DNA of 64,000 nt from Enoplolaimus lenunculus. Its lineage: Eukaryota. This document shows positions 25,803 through 39,812 of this stretch, in pieces (the first letter of the stretch is position 1; every line of letters starts with the position of its first letter). The notes under the pieces were generated by a model that made no database searches, was not told the DNA's origin, and was given only the letters and a program-made list of their open reading frames with translations. Both the position numbers and the translations under genes were made by a program. The stretch spans positions 372,001 to 436,000 of the forward strand of contig JASANG010000443.1 of the NCBI GenBank assembly GCA_030248215.1. The letters run 5' to 3'.

Positions 25803-27570
25803 TCTTTTTAAAAACGTCATATTTTTGAATTTTATGCGATATTCTGTTTTGGAGTTTGAGAAATATTTGTTTAGATATTAATTAAGTTAGTATTTTTGTG
25901 TATTAAACACAGAGTTTTCAGGGTTTCGAAGGAATATTGGTTAATCTGTTGTGGCGCTTTAGTACAATTTTAATGATTAACCTGAGATTTGACCAATTAA
26001 TAATTATAATTTGATTTGCATAACACTAAAATACAGTAATATTAATAATACATTTTTGTCAAATTTCAGTTGTCTTAAATTCTGGCAATTTACAATTTTT
26101 CGTAAGATTTTTTGACTTCTTACAATTTTTTAGTAAACCCGTAGCACGAACTGTTTGAAATCTTCGAGAATTTTAAAATAAATCTTTCTAGGGAATAAAA
26201 GGTATTTGAGAAACTAAGTTTTTTTTATTTGCTATGAACGTCCTAAAATGTTGGTGGTATAATTTCGCAAACGTATTCTACTTTAAACCCAAATAATACA
26301 CTGTAAAGTCCAGAGAGTTGATTTCAACTCAAAAAGAGATGAATCCACTCAGATGCCAGAGTGTTGAGTAAGGTCTTTCAGAACTCAGAATTCTGAATTG
26401 CTTAAACTCGTTCTGAGTTAATTAATCAACTCACCCGGAATAAAATCCGCTCAGAGTGAGTTAATAATTACTGTTATTAACTCAGAAATAACCATAAGTA
26501 ACTAATTCTCTCACTGATTTAATTAATCAACTCAGTCGAATTTGCAGTGTACAATTTGAAATTACGGCAATTTTTTCAATTTTTACTGTTACTAACTCAG
26601 AAATAACCAGAAGTAACTAATTCTCTCACTAATTTAATTAATCAACTCACTCGAATTTGCAGTGTACAATTTGAAATTACGGCAATTTTTTCAATTAGAT
26701 TCAATTAGATAATTAACATTTAACAACTAATTCGGCTCCTATTGACTTAAATCTATTTCTGCTCATAAAACCGTGTTTATCTTCGTTAACATTATTTAAG
26801 ATCCACCCCTACAAATCATGAAATTACCCCGCATTGGATATTTTTCATATCTGAATATCCGGCAATTTTGCTGAATATATATCCGGACATCCGGTACCTA
26901 CTATATTAAAATCGCGTGAAACAAACATGATTTAAAGTAGTCCACAGCCATTGGCGGGTTCAGAAAGTACTAACGGAAAAGTCGTGCCGGCAAAAGTTGA
27001 AACGCAATTTTTACTGTATGCAATATATGTGTCAATTTATTGAGGGAACGAAATTGTAAGGTAGAGACGTTACCATTGTATCACAAAACACTTTCTGATG
27101 GGGTGCGTAGGCCCTTTCACTCGCCCCATCTGCATCTGCTAGCGCCCGAAGCCAAATATAAAGCCCTATTCACACGTGCCAGTTCTATAACTAAGCCCAA
27201 CGTTAGCCAACTTTAAAACGAAACCTAAATGTTAAGTTGTAAGTTCCACGCGGTTCCGTATCCTCATTTCGGCATTAAATTTCTAAAATAGCATTCGCAA
27301 AACACAGTAATTTGATACTCAGAACTAAAGGTTCACAGGTGTAAGTCTAAACCTTAAAATCAAATAATAGCGGTTCAGCCTAAAGTCTGACCGGAATTTA
27401 AACCAGACCCATTAACAATAATTAGCCAGCACAGAACGCACCCATAGCGGATGTAAGATGCGCCGTAGAAATTTCCGGCGGAAACGTAAGGTGTGTGTAT
27501 TAGCGGTGAACCGAGAAAGAAGCCAGGAGAATCGCGATCCATTAAATCTAAATTGTTTAACGCACTGCGT

Positions 27571-27746
27571 TGTTGTATAAACGTTAATGATTGGCTGCCT
27601 TGTTGAATAAGCGTTTATGATTGGCTGCCTTGTTGAATAAGCGTTTATGATTGGCCGCCTGGTTGAAAAACCGTTAATGATTGGCTGCCTGGTTGAATAA
27701 TCGTTATTGATTGGTTGCCCTGTTGTATTAACGTTAACGATTGGTC
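27571..27746. repeat. 30-bp tandem repeat, ~6 units, each with GATTGG
   Basis: Unit cgttaatgattggctgccttgttgaataa. Confidence 0.9.
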
Positions 27747-28792
27747 AATTCCATTTTAAGGACAAATATTTTAATGATTTTCGAACTCCCGTTTTCCACC
27801 TGTAGTAATTTTCGGATACGCAACTTCTGTGCGAAGAGAATGGTAAACTAAGTGGATTTTATTTTGATGCTGATGTTAACCGCTCATTGGAAATCTATTA
27901 ACATTGAACACTAAAACTATTTGATATTATTAAATACAAAAGTATCAGAGAAAAACCTAAATACAGGGCCGGAGCAGCCACCAACATACCCCCAGTTGGG
28001 GGCAACCCCTAAAGGGCCCCACCACGAAATGGGCCCCAACACTAACCGGATGAAACAAAAACCGCCCATGTTTTGAAATACGTCTGGCTTATCGTTCGAT
28101 TTGCTCGCGAGTTTGACACTATCCTACTTTTCCGCGATTGTTTAAATGGCTTTAGACGCTACAAAGGCCTCACAATAACTACTAGGCTGCTAAATGGCTA
28201 CAAATTTTCTCGCTTCCTACACTCGCTTGGTGATAGGTCTTGTAGCATTAGAAGCAGTGAATGTTGAGACTCAAGATTTAGCACATTTCTCGCACAGATT
28301 TGTTGCACTTCTGTAGCAGTTTTTTTTATTTGAACAACTGCAATAGTTAGTGAGTTTGAAAGTCTGTTACTGACTGATGATAGTTGCTATACGCATTTGA
28401 GAATATGGGCCAATAGTTTACACATTTGAGTTTGTTGAACAAGCATGCAGACTTGCATTTATATTCAGAAAAACTAAACAAAAAAAACAAAAACATTATT
28501 GAGAAAAAAACAAAAAATAAAAACATTAATTAATAAAAAATTCAAATACAACAAATATATAATAAAAGATACACAAAAACAACAATTAGAAATGCATTTA
28601 AAATTAAATAAAAACATGCGAAAATTTTGAAAAATCACCAAAAATATTAAAAACGCAACAAAAAACAAATTAAAAGCATACCAGTCAAAGATATTAAAGA
28701 ATAAAAATAACAATCAAAACTGCACAAACAAATGTTACAAAAAACAATCAGAAACTAATAAAAACAAAAAGTGAAATATATAGACAAAAAAT

Positions 28793-29456
28793 GGCCAATG
28801 TTTACTTTAAGGGGCGTAACAGTAGATTAAACGTCTTAAAAAGTCGGCCAATATATAGAACAAGGTCATAACAGTAGCATAAGGCTAAGCTTAAGTCTAA
28901 ACCTAAGCGGAAAAATCAGCTTATACCTAAGCCTAAAAAGCTAAACAAAATAAGTTAGGTTAAAGCTTGAGTTTTACCTTATATTGCAGTATCATAGAAA
29001 AACAGGCCAATGTTACTTTAAGGGGCGTAACAGTAGATTAAGCGTATTCCTCAGCCTAAGCCTAAGCCTAAGCGTTGCAAAAATGCGTTCCTAAGCCTAA
29101 GCCCAAGCCTAAGCCTAAGCCAAAGCGAAAAAATGTAATCAATAATCTAAACCTGCTCGTTTATAGACCCACCAGAAACATGGAAAGCATAAGCCTAAGC
29201 GTTGCAAAAATGCGTTCCTAAGCCTAAGCCCAAGCCTAAGCCTAAGCCAAAGCGAAAAAATGTAATCAATAATCTAAACCTGCTCGTTTATAGACCCACC
29301 AGAAACATGGAAAGCATAAGCCTAAGCGTTGGAGAAATGTGTTCCTAAGCCTAAGCCTAAGCCTAAGCATAACCAAAAAAATGTAATCTATAATCTAAAC
29401 CTACTCGTTTATAGACCCACCAGAAACTTGGACGCCAATAAAACTAAACACGGGCC
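28793..29456. mobile_element. Composite subfamily B MITE with a captured segment and internal 127-bp triplication
   Basis: A perfect TSD CAAAAAAT bounds the whole unit. The left end occurs twice (28793, 29005). Three 127-bp repeats are marked at 29071, 29198 and 29325. Confidence 0.85.
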
Positions 29457-30496
29457 CAAAAAATAAATAAAAATAAACAAAAATAATATCTTAAATTCAA
29501 TGAACAACTTTTGAAAACTCATTCCTAGTATACATCATGCTGAATATAAAAGTGAGAGAATGTTTATATATTTGTGCTTCTCGATCATACTCTTGTTTTT
29601 AAGAGTACGAAGGAAACGATCATTGTAAGCTCAACATACAACAACAAGCACCGAAGCGTTTTGAATTGCTTAAATTGAGAGAAAAAGAAATTAATTTTAA
29701 AATTGAAACAGAAACAAAAAATTGCAGAAAATGACAAAATTTTGTTTGTCAATGTAGGATCTTTTTGAGAGTATCACAGGGTGCTTGTGCGCTCTACCCC
29801 ATATTTTGACGTTATGGTTTAACCTTAGGCTTAGGCTTTCGACTTAAGATTAGGCTTACAAATTGGTTAATGCAAAAACTTATTCTTTAGGCCTTTCTGC
29901 ATGAGTATGCCTTGTCGTAAGCTTAAGCTTAAGCCTGAATTGTTCGAAGCGGGGTTGCGTTTTTATATAACAAAACACAATAAAACTAATAATTGCAACT
30001 GTACCAAATGATGAAGCTAGGGGCTAAATATTATTCAGAAGGGGTATACAAGAGTTATCGTTAACTTACCAGAAAGGTTGAAAATTTTACTGGGGGGCGG
30101 GTCAAAATTTCTTCTAGGATGACTCAGCTGTAACTGTACTGTAGTGACCCGAATAAGAGAGTGGGGACTGATATTTATTTGGCCTCTCTAGAGGGTACCC
30201 CCCTTGTTATTCGGTTACGGACTGTTATTTATTTTTAACCGACGCTCCGCCACCATTCGTTACTGATATATATCCGGTACTGCAACTATCCGTTGAATTA
30301 AACGTTTATTTCTCTTGTATTAAAAGTTTCAGTGATAATGCAAGGTTATACTTAGAAATGTACTTTCAAAATTTAAGTTCGCTTTAAATTTTCGAACTCA
30401 AATTATTTGGTTCTGGAGTCATTTATCCGCTACAATTAGGGATAATTGACATTTATGAACTCTAATTAGGGTTTACGGACTCTATCCGCTTACGGA

Positions 30497-30735
30497 TGTC
30501 AGTCAAGGTAGGAACCGGGACTTCAGACCTTTCAACTAAGCAGCTGGAAAAGCGGACAAGAGCGGGGATAGAACTCTCAGCCTACGGATCTTTAAGCGAA
30601 TACTCTAACACTGCGCTACGCAGCCCGCCTCTCCAACTGCATTTTTCGTCGACTATATGTGTCGACCATACACCACAATGTGCATTGCATTTTTTGCGTA
30701 TGCACCAGGACAAGCATGTTTCTCACATGCTTACA
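30497..30735 (-). mobile_element. Same tRNA-bearing LTR-like family, inserted in a pogo/Tc1-like MITE
   Basis: Perfect 5-bp TSD ACGGA (30492-30496 / 30736-30740). The empty site cgcttACGGActctt is present in the sister host copy at ~33341. Confidence 0.85.
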
Positions 30736-31215
30736 ACGGACTCTTATTAGGGCTACGGACTCCTATTGATTTGGACTCAAAATGGGGACCCCCCACTTAT
30801 CACTCGTCCTCCTCAATTTTAATTTTTGAATTTGTCATTGGTTATAAATTCTAACCATAAACAACCTGAACCTGTTAAAATTTACTAAAAATAAACGTCA
30901 AGTTTTGAATTTTGGTTTTCGTTTCTTTTCAGGCCAAGACCAGCCAGAACCAGGGCGGATTTAACTCTTTGTTGTCGAAAAACTATTGGATCTGATTTTG
31001 AAATGAAATATGATAACTTTAAATCTGATTGGTTGTTTTGAAATTTTGTAGATTCGGGTACTCATATAATTCTAATTAATTTTGCCGTAAAGCAACCGGA
31101 ATAGCAAATGAATTTTTTTTACATATTTTATGCTCGTTTGTTCTTTAAAACATTCTAATCCCGCATAACGTTACAGTAACCATAAGAAGCTATTAAATTC
31201 AGAACTGAAGTTGCA

Positions 31216-31500
31216 CACTGTAAATTGAAGTGAATTGATTTTAACTCAGAATAAAGTTGAATCGACTCAGAAAAGTCGGAGCTCTGAATAACGTTCTTCA
31301 GAACTCAGAATTGTGAATTGATTGAACTCATTCTGTGTTACGTATTGATTGAACTCATTCTGTGTTACGTATTAAACTGACCCACAATTAAATCAGCTCG
31401 GAGTGAGTTAATATTAATACCGTTATTATAACTCAGAAACAACCAGAAATAACGAATTCTCTTACTGAGTTGATTAATCAACTCGTTGGAATTTACAGTG
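31216..31500. mobile_element. CACTGTAAA...TTTACAGTG MITE family D (others ~26299, 32740, 33638, 34066, 34854, 44876, 45370, 47293, 47624, 48117, 48385, 60200, 60816, 62784)
   Basis: About 250-bp units rich in GAGTT/AACTC. The 2-bp TSD varies: CA (31216), TA (26299, 45370), AT (48385), TG (60200). Confidence 0.85.
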
Positions 31501-32995
31501 CATCCGAATCCAAGTATTCCGGATATTTTCTCCAAACATTTCCGGCTCAAGGTTTTACTTCTAGAAAAATCCGGGTCCATGTATGTATTTTGTGAATCAT
31601 TCCAGCTTACTCTTGGTCCTGTATACAAGACAAATACACCAGATTTCTTAGATTTAGGTTTCGCTATAGTCGCGCTAACGCAATATAAATTGGCTTTGGC
31701 AAATGAGGTTAAGGCGTCCTCAGGGAATAATAGAATAGTTTAATCTTAATATTTTTGCATGAAAACGCGCAACGCAAACATGTTTATTATTTCAAAATAG
31801 AAATTCTTCTAACGACTCTCATGAGTATTATCAGTCTTTAGAGGATTTTTGAAAATTGTTTCAATATTTTGACACTTCGATGTCGGAATCGGCACACACA
31901 TCGTTTGGCAGCTTAAGATGAGTTCTTACTCAACCAGACAAGTTTGTGCTATTAACTGTCACAACTTGACTCTACTGTAAAAACGCTTAAACTAACTTGA
32001 TTTAAGCTAAGCCTAATCCACCAGCATTATACTAACTTTTTAGATTAACTAAACTAACAGGCGGGTTTACGCTTAAACTCATTGAAAATCTTACATATTT
32101 TCAGTTTAAGCTAAACTTGTTGAACTCTTAGATACACGGCTGCTCTTGTTACCAAAAATGAGTTTATTTAATCTCTTGTTAAAGTTAAAAACACGTTAGT
32201 TTAAGTAAAACTTAAAATTCTAGTTTAGTTAGTCCGTCCAGCCATTTAAGTGTTTTACTTAAACTGATATTCAAGTTTAGTTAAGATATATTTTAAGCTA
32301 AAGTTTTTAGAGAGTAAGCTTAAATCTTGGGTCTATATTCTCAAATGTGTATAGCAACTATTTTTAGTTAGTAATAGGTTTTTAACTCACTAACCATTGC
32401 AGTTTTTGAATTCTTAAATTGGTACAGAAGTCGAGCAAGTAATGAGCGAAGAATGTGCCGAATTTCGAGCCTGAGAATTCACTGGTTTAAAAGTTACAAG
32501 ACGTAAACACTAACTGGTGATAGGTGCTACCTATATTTGAAAATACGGGTTTAGGTTTAAGCCATAAGTCTAATCCTATGCATAAGCGTTAAGCTTAAGA
32601 AGCCTAAGTCGAACTCAAATATGCGAAATTTAGAAATTTCGAAACCAGAATGGAGAAATATACAATAGTATAAATTTAGCATTGCTACATGAATATTCGG
32701 AAACTTGGACAGGATCTTTGCAAATACGTCAACGAGTCTCACTGTAGATTTCAGTAAGTTGATTTTACCACCAGAATGACTTGATGCTACTAGGTAGGTC
32801 TGAGCACTGAGTTCGGTCTTTCAGAACTCAGAATTCTGAATTGATTGACCTCATTCTGAGTTAATCAGCTCTCCCGGAATTAAATCAGTTCATAGTGAGT
32901 TAATGTTTACTGTTATTAACTCAGAATTAACCAGAAATAATTAATTCTCTCTCTAAATTGAGATTAATCACCTCATTGAAATTTTTCAGTATATA

Positions 32996-33434
32996 CCGTA
33001 TTGACCCGAACAAGAGGGGGGACTGGTGTTTATTTGGCCTCTCCAGAAGTACCCCCCTTGTTTTTCGGTTACGGAATGTTATTTATTTTTAACCATCGCT
33101 TCGCCGGCCTTCGTTGTTGATATATATCCGAAACTGCAATTATCCGTTGAATTAAACGTATATTTGTCTTGTGTCAATAGCTTGAGCGATAATTCAAGGA
33201 TATACTTAGGAATGTACTTTCAAAATTTAAGTACGCTTTAAAGTTTCGAACTCAAATTATTTGGTCCTGGAGTCATTTATGCGCAACAATTAAGGTTAAT
33301 TAATATTTATGAACTCTAATTAGGGTTTAGGGACTCTATCCGCTTACGGACTCTTATTGGGGATACGGACTCCTATTGATTCGGACCCAAAATGGCCCCC
33401 CTATTATTACTCCCTCTTATTCGGGTCAATACAG
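32996..33434. mobile_element. Tc1/mariner (pogo-like) MITE; sister copy ~30139-30810
   Basis: TA|CCGTATTGACCCGAACAAGAGGG...CCCTCTTATTCGGGTCAATACAG|TA. Confidence 0.85.
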
Positions 33435-35175
33435 TACAAGCATATGCTGAATCAAAATAAGAGATAGCTTCATACTTTGCCTTATAGCAAATATTGATTG
33501 GATATGAAATGTTAATGTCGACACTGAGTCATTGTTAAGTGGTTAATTTCTCCTAGTTTGCCTAAGCCTAAGCCTAAGTTTCTCTGTCATACTCGCGATT
33601 AATATGAATTTTCAGTAAAAGAAGAACAAAGATTGTACACAGTAAAACTCATTGAGTTGACTCATTAACTCAAATGGTGGGTTCGTTATTTCGGAGTTAA
33701 AACAGTGAACATTAACTAACTCTAAGTTGAGTTGACTATCACTTTGTGTTGAAATGACTCCAAGTGAGTTGATTAATTAACTCAGAAAAAGTTACATCAA
33801 CTCAGAATTTTGAGTTCGGACAGCCGTGACTTAGATTGCGTTATTCAACTCATTCTGAGCTAAAATCAACTCATTCTGAGTTAAAAGCAACTCACTGAAA
33901 TTTACAGAGCAAAAGTTGGCAATAAAAACTATGCTAAACACATAAACTTCATTATATTCTAACTTTCGATAAATTTCTTCTTCCAGAAAAGGGGTGGCGA
34001 TATCCGTGCGAAAACAGCCCTTTCGCCCCCCCCCCCAAACAGGTGCGGCTTTGATTTCTACATCACACTGCAAATTCCAATGAGTTGATAATAATCAATG
34101 CAGCTCGCGAGTTAGTTATTTCTGAATTAATATCAGTATACATTAACTCTCTCTCTGAGTTGAGTTGAATCCCACTTTGAGTTGAGTTTGACTCTGGGTG
34201 AGTTAATTAATGAACTCAGAACGAATTGAATCAACTCAAAATTCTGAGTTCTGATAGTCCTAACTCAGGCTGAGTGATTCAACACATTCTGAGTTTAAAT
34301 CAACTCACTAAATTTTACAGTGGCAAACACACAAGTACTATTTTCAAATGCCGATTACACTTCTGCTTCATCGCTGGCGTTTAAAAGCAAACTTTTCAAA
34401 CAAAAAATACCGCATCTGTGAAACAAAGATAAAACCCTCCGCAGGGTATTTTCGTTTCAAATTAGCTGTCAAAATTTGCAAAATACATATAAACAGAAAT
34501 AAACAATATACGTATAATGCAATGTTACTGCAACAAATGCTGTCAAGTAGTAAATTTAAATGCCAGCTACATTCCGGCCGTGCCGGATGCCTACTACGGC
34601 AGGCCGGGACGCGGCCGATTGGCCAATTTGTCGGTCTACCGTTGGTCGGTGTGCGTATATGTAGTGTAGTGAACACCTATCTGTCCTAGTTCACAATACA
34701 GGTCGTCGTAATCCCAAATTATTACTCAAAACTGGCTATAAATAACAACTGCAACTAAAATTCATTTTAGACCAACGAAACCTTGAGCTGTTGCGTGTAG
34801 CACCTAACACCAGATAATAATAGCTTATTTTTTCACGATAACTGTAAAGCCTACACTATAAATTCCTGTGAGTTGCGTTTAACTGCGAATGAGTTGAATC
34901 ACTCAGTTTGAGCTAGAACTATCAGAACTCAAAATTCTGAGTTGATGCAACTTTTTCTGAGTTAATTAATCGATTCACTTGGAGTCATCTCAACACAAAG
35001 TGATAGTCAACTCAACTCAGAGTAAGTTAATGTTCACTGTTTTTAACTTAGAAATAACTATCCCACCATCTGAGTTAATTAGTCAACTCATGTGATTTTA
35101 CAGCGTACGACTCATAAAATCTGCGTAGAAGAATGACTAAACTACGGAAAAAATGACCTCATCTTTGTAGCATAG

Positions 35176-35603
35176 TTATCATTGGTTCGTAAGTTACAAG
35201 ACTTATCATTGGTTCGAAAGTTACAAGTCTTATCATTGGTTCGTAAGTTACAAGACTTATCATTGGTTCGTAAGTTACAAGACTTATCATTGGTTCGAAA
35301 GTTACAAGTCTTATCATTGGTTCGAAAGTTACAAGTCTTATCATTGGTTCGTAAGTTACAAGACTTATCATTGGTTCGAAAGTTACAAGTCTTATCATTG
35401 GTTCGAAAGTTACAAGTCTTATCATTGGTTCGAAAGTTACAAGTCTTATCATTGGTTCGAAAGTTACAAGTCTTATCATTGGTTCGAAAGTTACAAGTCT
35501 TATCATTGGTTCGAAAGTTACAAGTCTTATCATTGGTTCGAAAGTTACAAGTCTTATCATTGGTTCGAAAGTTACAAGACTTATCATTGGTTCGAAAGTT
35601 ACA
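35176..35603. repeat. 27-bp minisatellite, ~16 units
   Basis: Unit TTATCATTGGTTCG(A/T)AAGTTACAAG(T/A)C. Confidence 0.95.
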
Positions 35604-36795
35604 CTAGTTTTTTTACTTTTACATCCTCCAATCAGAATCAGTTTGCTTTCTAGTAGATTCTGATCGAGCCGTTTTCTGAACGAAAAATTGAGTTGGATTG
35701 GTCAAAAAATCGAACATCGCTTAGCAATATTTTCGAATACGTTGTCGAAGCGATTGCGATTATCTGACGGTGGAAATTATAAATTTAATTTTATTGTCAA
35801 CCAAAATACAACTTAAACAAGATTGACTCGCAAAACGCAGACAAACTGTTTACAACTTCAGCCGAACCCAAGTGGTATAGACACCGAGACGGAATTTTGA
35901 GTATAAATTTGTCTATCCGTCAATTATAGACACGCCTACGTCCAATCTTGGCGTAAATATATAGCTGGTTCTTCGGCCCATGTTACTTTAAGGGGTGTCC
36001 AGGTTTCTAGTGGGCCAATAAAAGAGTAAGTTTAGATTCTAGATTACATTTTTTGCTTAGGCTTAGGCTCAGGTTTAGGCTTAGGAACACATTCTTTCAA
36101 CGTTTAGGCTTAGGCGTAGACTTAGGAATACGCTTAATCTACTCGCCCCTTAAAGTAACACTGGCCGCTGGTTCTATATTTCACAACGTTCTAAAGGGGA
36201 CAACTGAAAGATATCCAATCAAAATAGAAGAATTTTGGCGATGCGCAGTTTCTTTAAATTTACCTTCTTATTTTAAAAATGAAATTTAAATTTGGATTTC
36301 AGTTGGAATTGAAGCGAGTCCTATTTTAAGTTCAACCTCGTAGGTTCCGCACTGCACGTATAATCTGAATATTTAATGCTTGTCGAAATGTAGTGTGTGC
36401 CGTGCAGTATATTGTATTCAGAGGTCAGAGTATAGGTGGGTTGCAGAAAGCAGTATATATATAATATATACATATATATGTGGCGCCCTTTTGCTAGGCG
36501 CTCCTGCGTGGGTTCGGATTGCGACTGATAATTATTTCTGACTGAATTTCAGTAACGACATTTGTTTAGCTGCCTGTTTTCAGCATTGTAATTTGCATAT
36601 GCAAATACTTCATGCTTGAGCCAACCCTCGGAATTACGACTAGAGAGGCTGGAAAAGGACGACACAGGATTTCTAGATCTTGGTTAAACTTTTGGTGTTT
36701 TCTATTTAATAAAGCCAGTTATTCAGTTTTCATAAGGTTTTCCCTTATATATAATATATATACATATATATTGATATATATGTATATATATTATA

Positions 36796-36839
<44 letters not shown>

Positions 36840-37489
36840 GAATCGGAACAGCAAACTTATACCGGGATTGTAATCGGAATCGGAACTAGAAACTTTGTGA
36901 CCGTACGAATAAAATATGTATTGACTAATATAATATTGATTTAAAGTATCTGTTGGCAGGCAACAATTTTCAAAACAGGTCGTATGACCAAATTGGTGAT
37001 GATTTTTGGTCGTGTAAAAAGCTAAACTACAATCAATTATTGATAAGTTAACTCATCAAAAGCAATTAATGCATAAAAAATTACAGAATATTTATGATGC
37101 AGTGTATCAGAACAAGTAGGATTAAAAATTAAAAATTCCGATTCATATATCGGAATAGGTATTCCGATCAATTGTCAGCTCAAATTACCGGATATCTAAG
37201 GTATGAGGTGGTCGCAAAACCAATCTCGAAGTCCAGTTTGGGTCATAATACAACCCTGCCTCCTATACTTTGCTGATTGCCAAACTTAAAAAAACGCTAC
37301 TTTTCGACATAATTTCCAACATTTTATAGTTCAAATTTGCTATCGTCGTTGCCATAGACAACTTTGATGACTAAACGCGGCTGTCGTAATATCGAGTAGA
37401 CTATTAATATTTGTCTATTACTAAGTTTAGTAGCATATTCGGGTAAAATCTAACTTATTAATGAGTTAAACTAGTGACATTGAAGTTAC

Positions 37490-37659
37490 GGCCCAATGTA
37501 AAGATCAGGGGCGGAACGTTTTTCTGTGGGACTACAATAGAGTAAGTTTAAGCTTTAGTCTAATTTTTTTTTGTTTAGCTTAGGATTTAGGCTCAGGCTT
37601 AGGCTTAGGCTTAGGAATATGCTTATAATACTGTTCCGCCCCTGTTCTTTACATTGGCC
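37490..37659. mobile_element. GGCC-ended telomere-repeat MITE, subfamily A2
   Basis: TIRs ...TGTAAAGATCAGGGGCGGAAC / GTTCCGCCCCTGTTCTTTACATTGGCC. TSD GAAGTTAC/AAAGTTAC. Confidence 0.85.
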
Positions 37660-39502
37660 AAAGTTACTAACGTTACGACCAACTCAACAGCGAAACAAAC
37701 TCAACGGTGATTGAACTTTGTCAATGAAATAGAAATTTTTGGTTATTAATATACCAACAGTGGCCCATGTGTAGATCGGGGAGGCATAGCCAAGGAAGGG
37801 GGGGGGGCAGTGGGGCTCAGCCCCCCCCCCCTGGAAAATTTTTGGCCTACCCTAGAAAATGTTCAACTTTGCTTGCAAGTCTTTAAAAACTGTTGAATGC
37901 CCCTTCTGAAAAAAATTTTACCCCCCCACCGTAACAAGGTGAGCTGGCGACGGGCCTGTCGGGGAAGACGTTTTTTTGTGAGACTGCTCGAATATAGTGA
38001 GCTTTAGCTTTAGGCTAATTTCTTGCTTATGTTTAGGTTTAGGCTTATTTTTACGCTTACGCTTAGGTATAGGCTTATTTTAGAATTTTTAAGCAGAATT
38101 AGCGAGATCAAACGCCCTACAACAGACGTTTGATTAATTTACCAATTTCGGCCAACCTGTCCAACAGGACCGTAGCACTAGTATGAGCATGTTTCTAAAC
38201 CGAAGCCTAAGCGTAACAATTCGCATATACCTAAGCCGAGGGCTCAGCCTTAGCAAAAAAATTAGTCTAAAGCTCAAGCTTGCAGTCCTACGAAAGAGCG
38301 TTCGGCCACTGATTTTTGCGTGGGTGTCAATTTTAACTTAGAAAAAAGCCTTTACCCACTGAAAATTCGTGGATACGTTACTGGTTTTAGGCCCAAGCGG
38401 TCATTAAATAAATACATACTGGTGGACGCATGTATAGAACAGGGCCGGAAACGTAGTATAAGCATATTCCTAAGCCTAAACCTAAATCCTAAGACGAAAC
38501 GAAAGGATGAAACTATTCCTAAGCCTAAGCCTAAGCCTAAACCTATGCAAGAAAGTTAGTCTGAAGCTTAAACTGACTCTTTTAGCCCCACAGGAAAACG
38601 ATCCGGCCGGTGTCTATACATTATGGCAGTTGATTTATGTCCCGAAATGAAAAAATTGCAAGAATTACCGCAAACCCAACGTCGATTACGTGTTACAGAT
38701 AGCAATAATGGCTGCATAACTAGAAAAAGTCTATTAATACTTAATAGATGTACCAAAGTTACCTAAATGACGTCAAAAATAACCTTGGCGTATTAATGTA
38801 AAACTTATATTTCCGTAATTTTGCTAAATATTTTTAAATATTAATAAAATTGCTTAAAATACAATTGTTCAAACGTAAATTAAACTTTTAAAATGGTTTT
38901 GCCAATAAGTGTCTCCTGGAAACAAATGAGGTTTTGAGAGAAATTTTTCAAATTCATCAAACTGAATTAGCATTTGGCATTTTAGCGCCCATGTTACTTT
39001 TAGGGCCGTCCTGGCTTCTGATGGGTCTGTACAAGAGTAGGCTTTTAGATTTTAGACTATATTTTTTGATTAGGTTCAGTAATACACTTGTTTCAACGGT
39101 TAGGCTTAGGCTTATGAATATGCTTAATCTACTGTTATGGCATTAAAAGTAATATTAACATTGGTCACTAATCAAAGGCGTCCAGAGGATTGAGGAAGAG
39201 GAAATGCCAACCATTTGGCTGGTGCCCCCAAACATATTCGGTATAACCGTAAACAATCTTGAATTGCAATTGTAGGGGCCCCAAAATTATTCGTACCCCC
39301 CGAATATGATTTTTTACGGTCGCCTCGTGCGTGGCACTAACCGTCTTGAAACACCCTTTACCGTGTTTGTTGTGATTGGCAAAATTTTAGCGATGTGAAC
39401 TTTGATTTAAGCGAAATTTTGAACAGCACTGCTAAACAAATTTGACGGATATTTCTTGGAAATTTCAGAATGTGTAATAAAAATGGCCAGTTATCATTTG
39501 CA

Positions 39503-39812
39503 TGGCCTATGTATAGAACAGGGCCGGAACAGTAGTATAAGCATATTCCTAAGCCTAAGCCTAAACCTAAGCCTAAGCCTAAGCGTAAGAATGAACCTAT
39601 ACCTAAGCCTAAGCATAAGTCTAAGCGTAAGAATGAAGCTATACCTAAGTTTAAGCCTAAGCCTAAGCGTTAGCCTAAGCGTAAGAATGAAGCTATACCT
39701 AAGCCTAAGACTAAGCCTAAGCTTAAAACGTAAGCAAAAAATAGTCTAAAGCTTTAAGCTTACTCTATTACAGTCCGGCCGGAACACGTTCCGGCCCTAT
39801 TCTACACATGAA
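39503..39812. mobile_element. GGCC-ended telomere-repeat MITE with an expanded core
   Basis: Left TIR GGCCTATGTATAGAACAGGGCCGG, three gcgtaagaatgaa modules, right end ccggccctattctacacatg. Confidence 0.8.

Noticed and set aside
35159..35607. 142/141-aa repetitive ORFs
   Set aside because: They are translations of a 27-bp minisatellite, with no supporting gene structure.
36478..36750. PBS-like TGGCGCCC and AATAAA between (TA)n tracts
   Set aside because: No adjacent LTR end, second copy or TSD was found.
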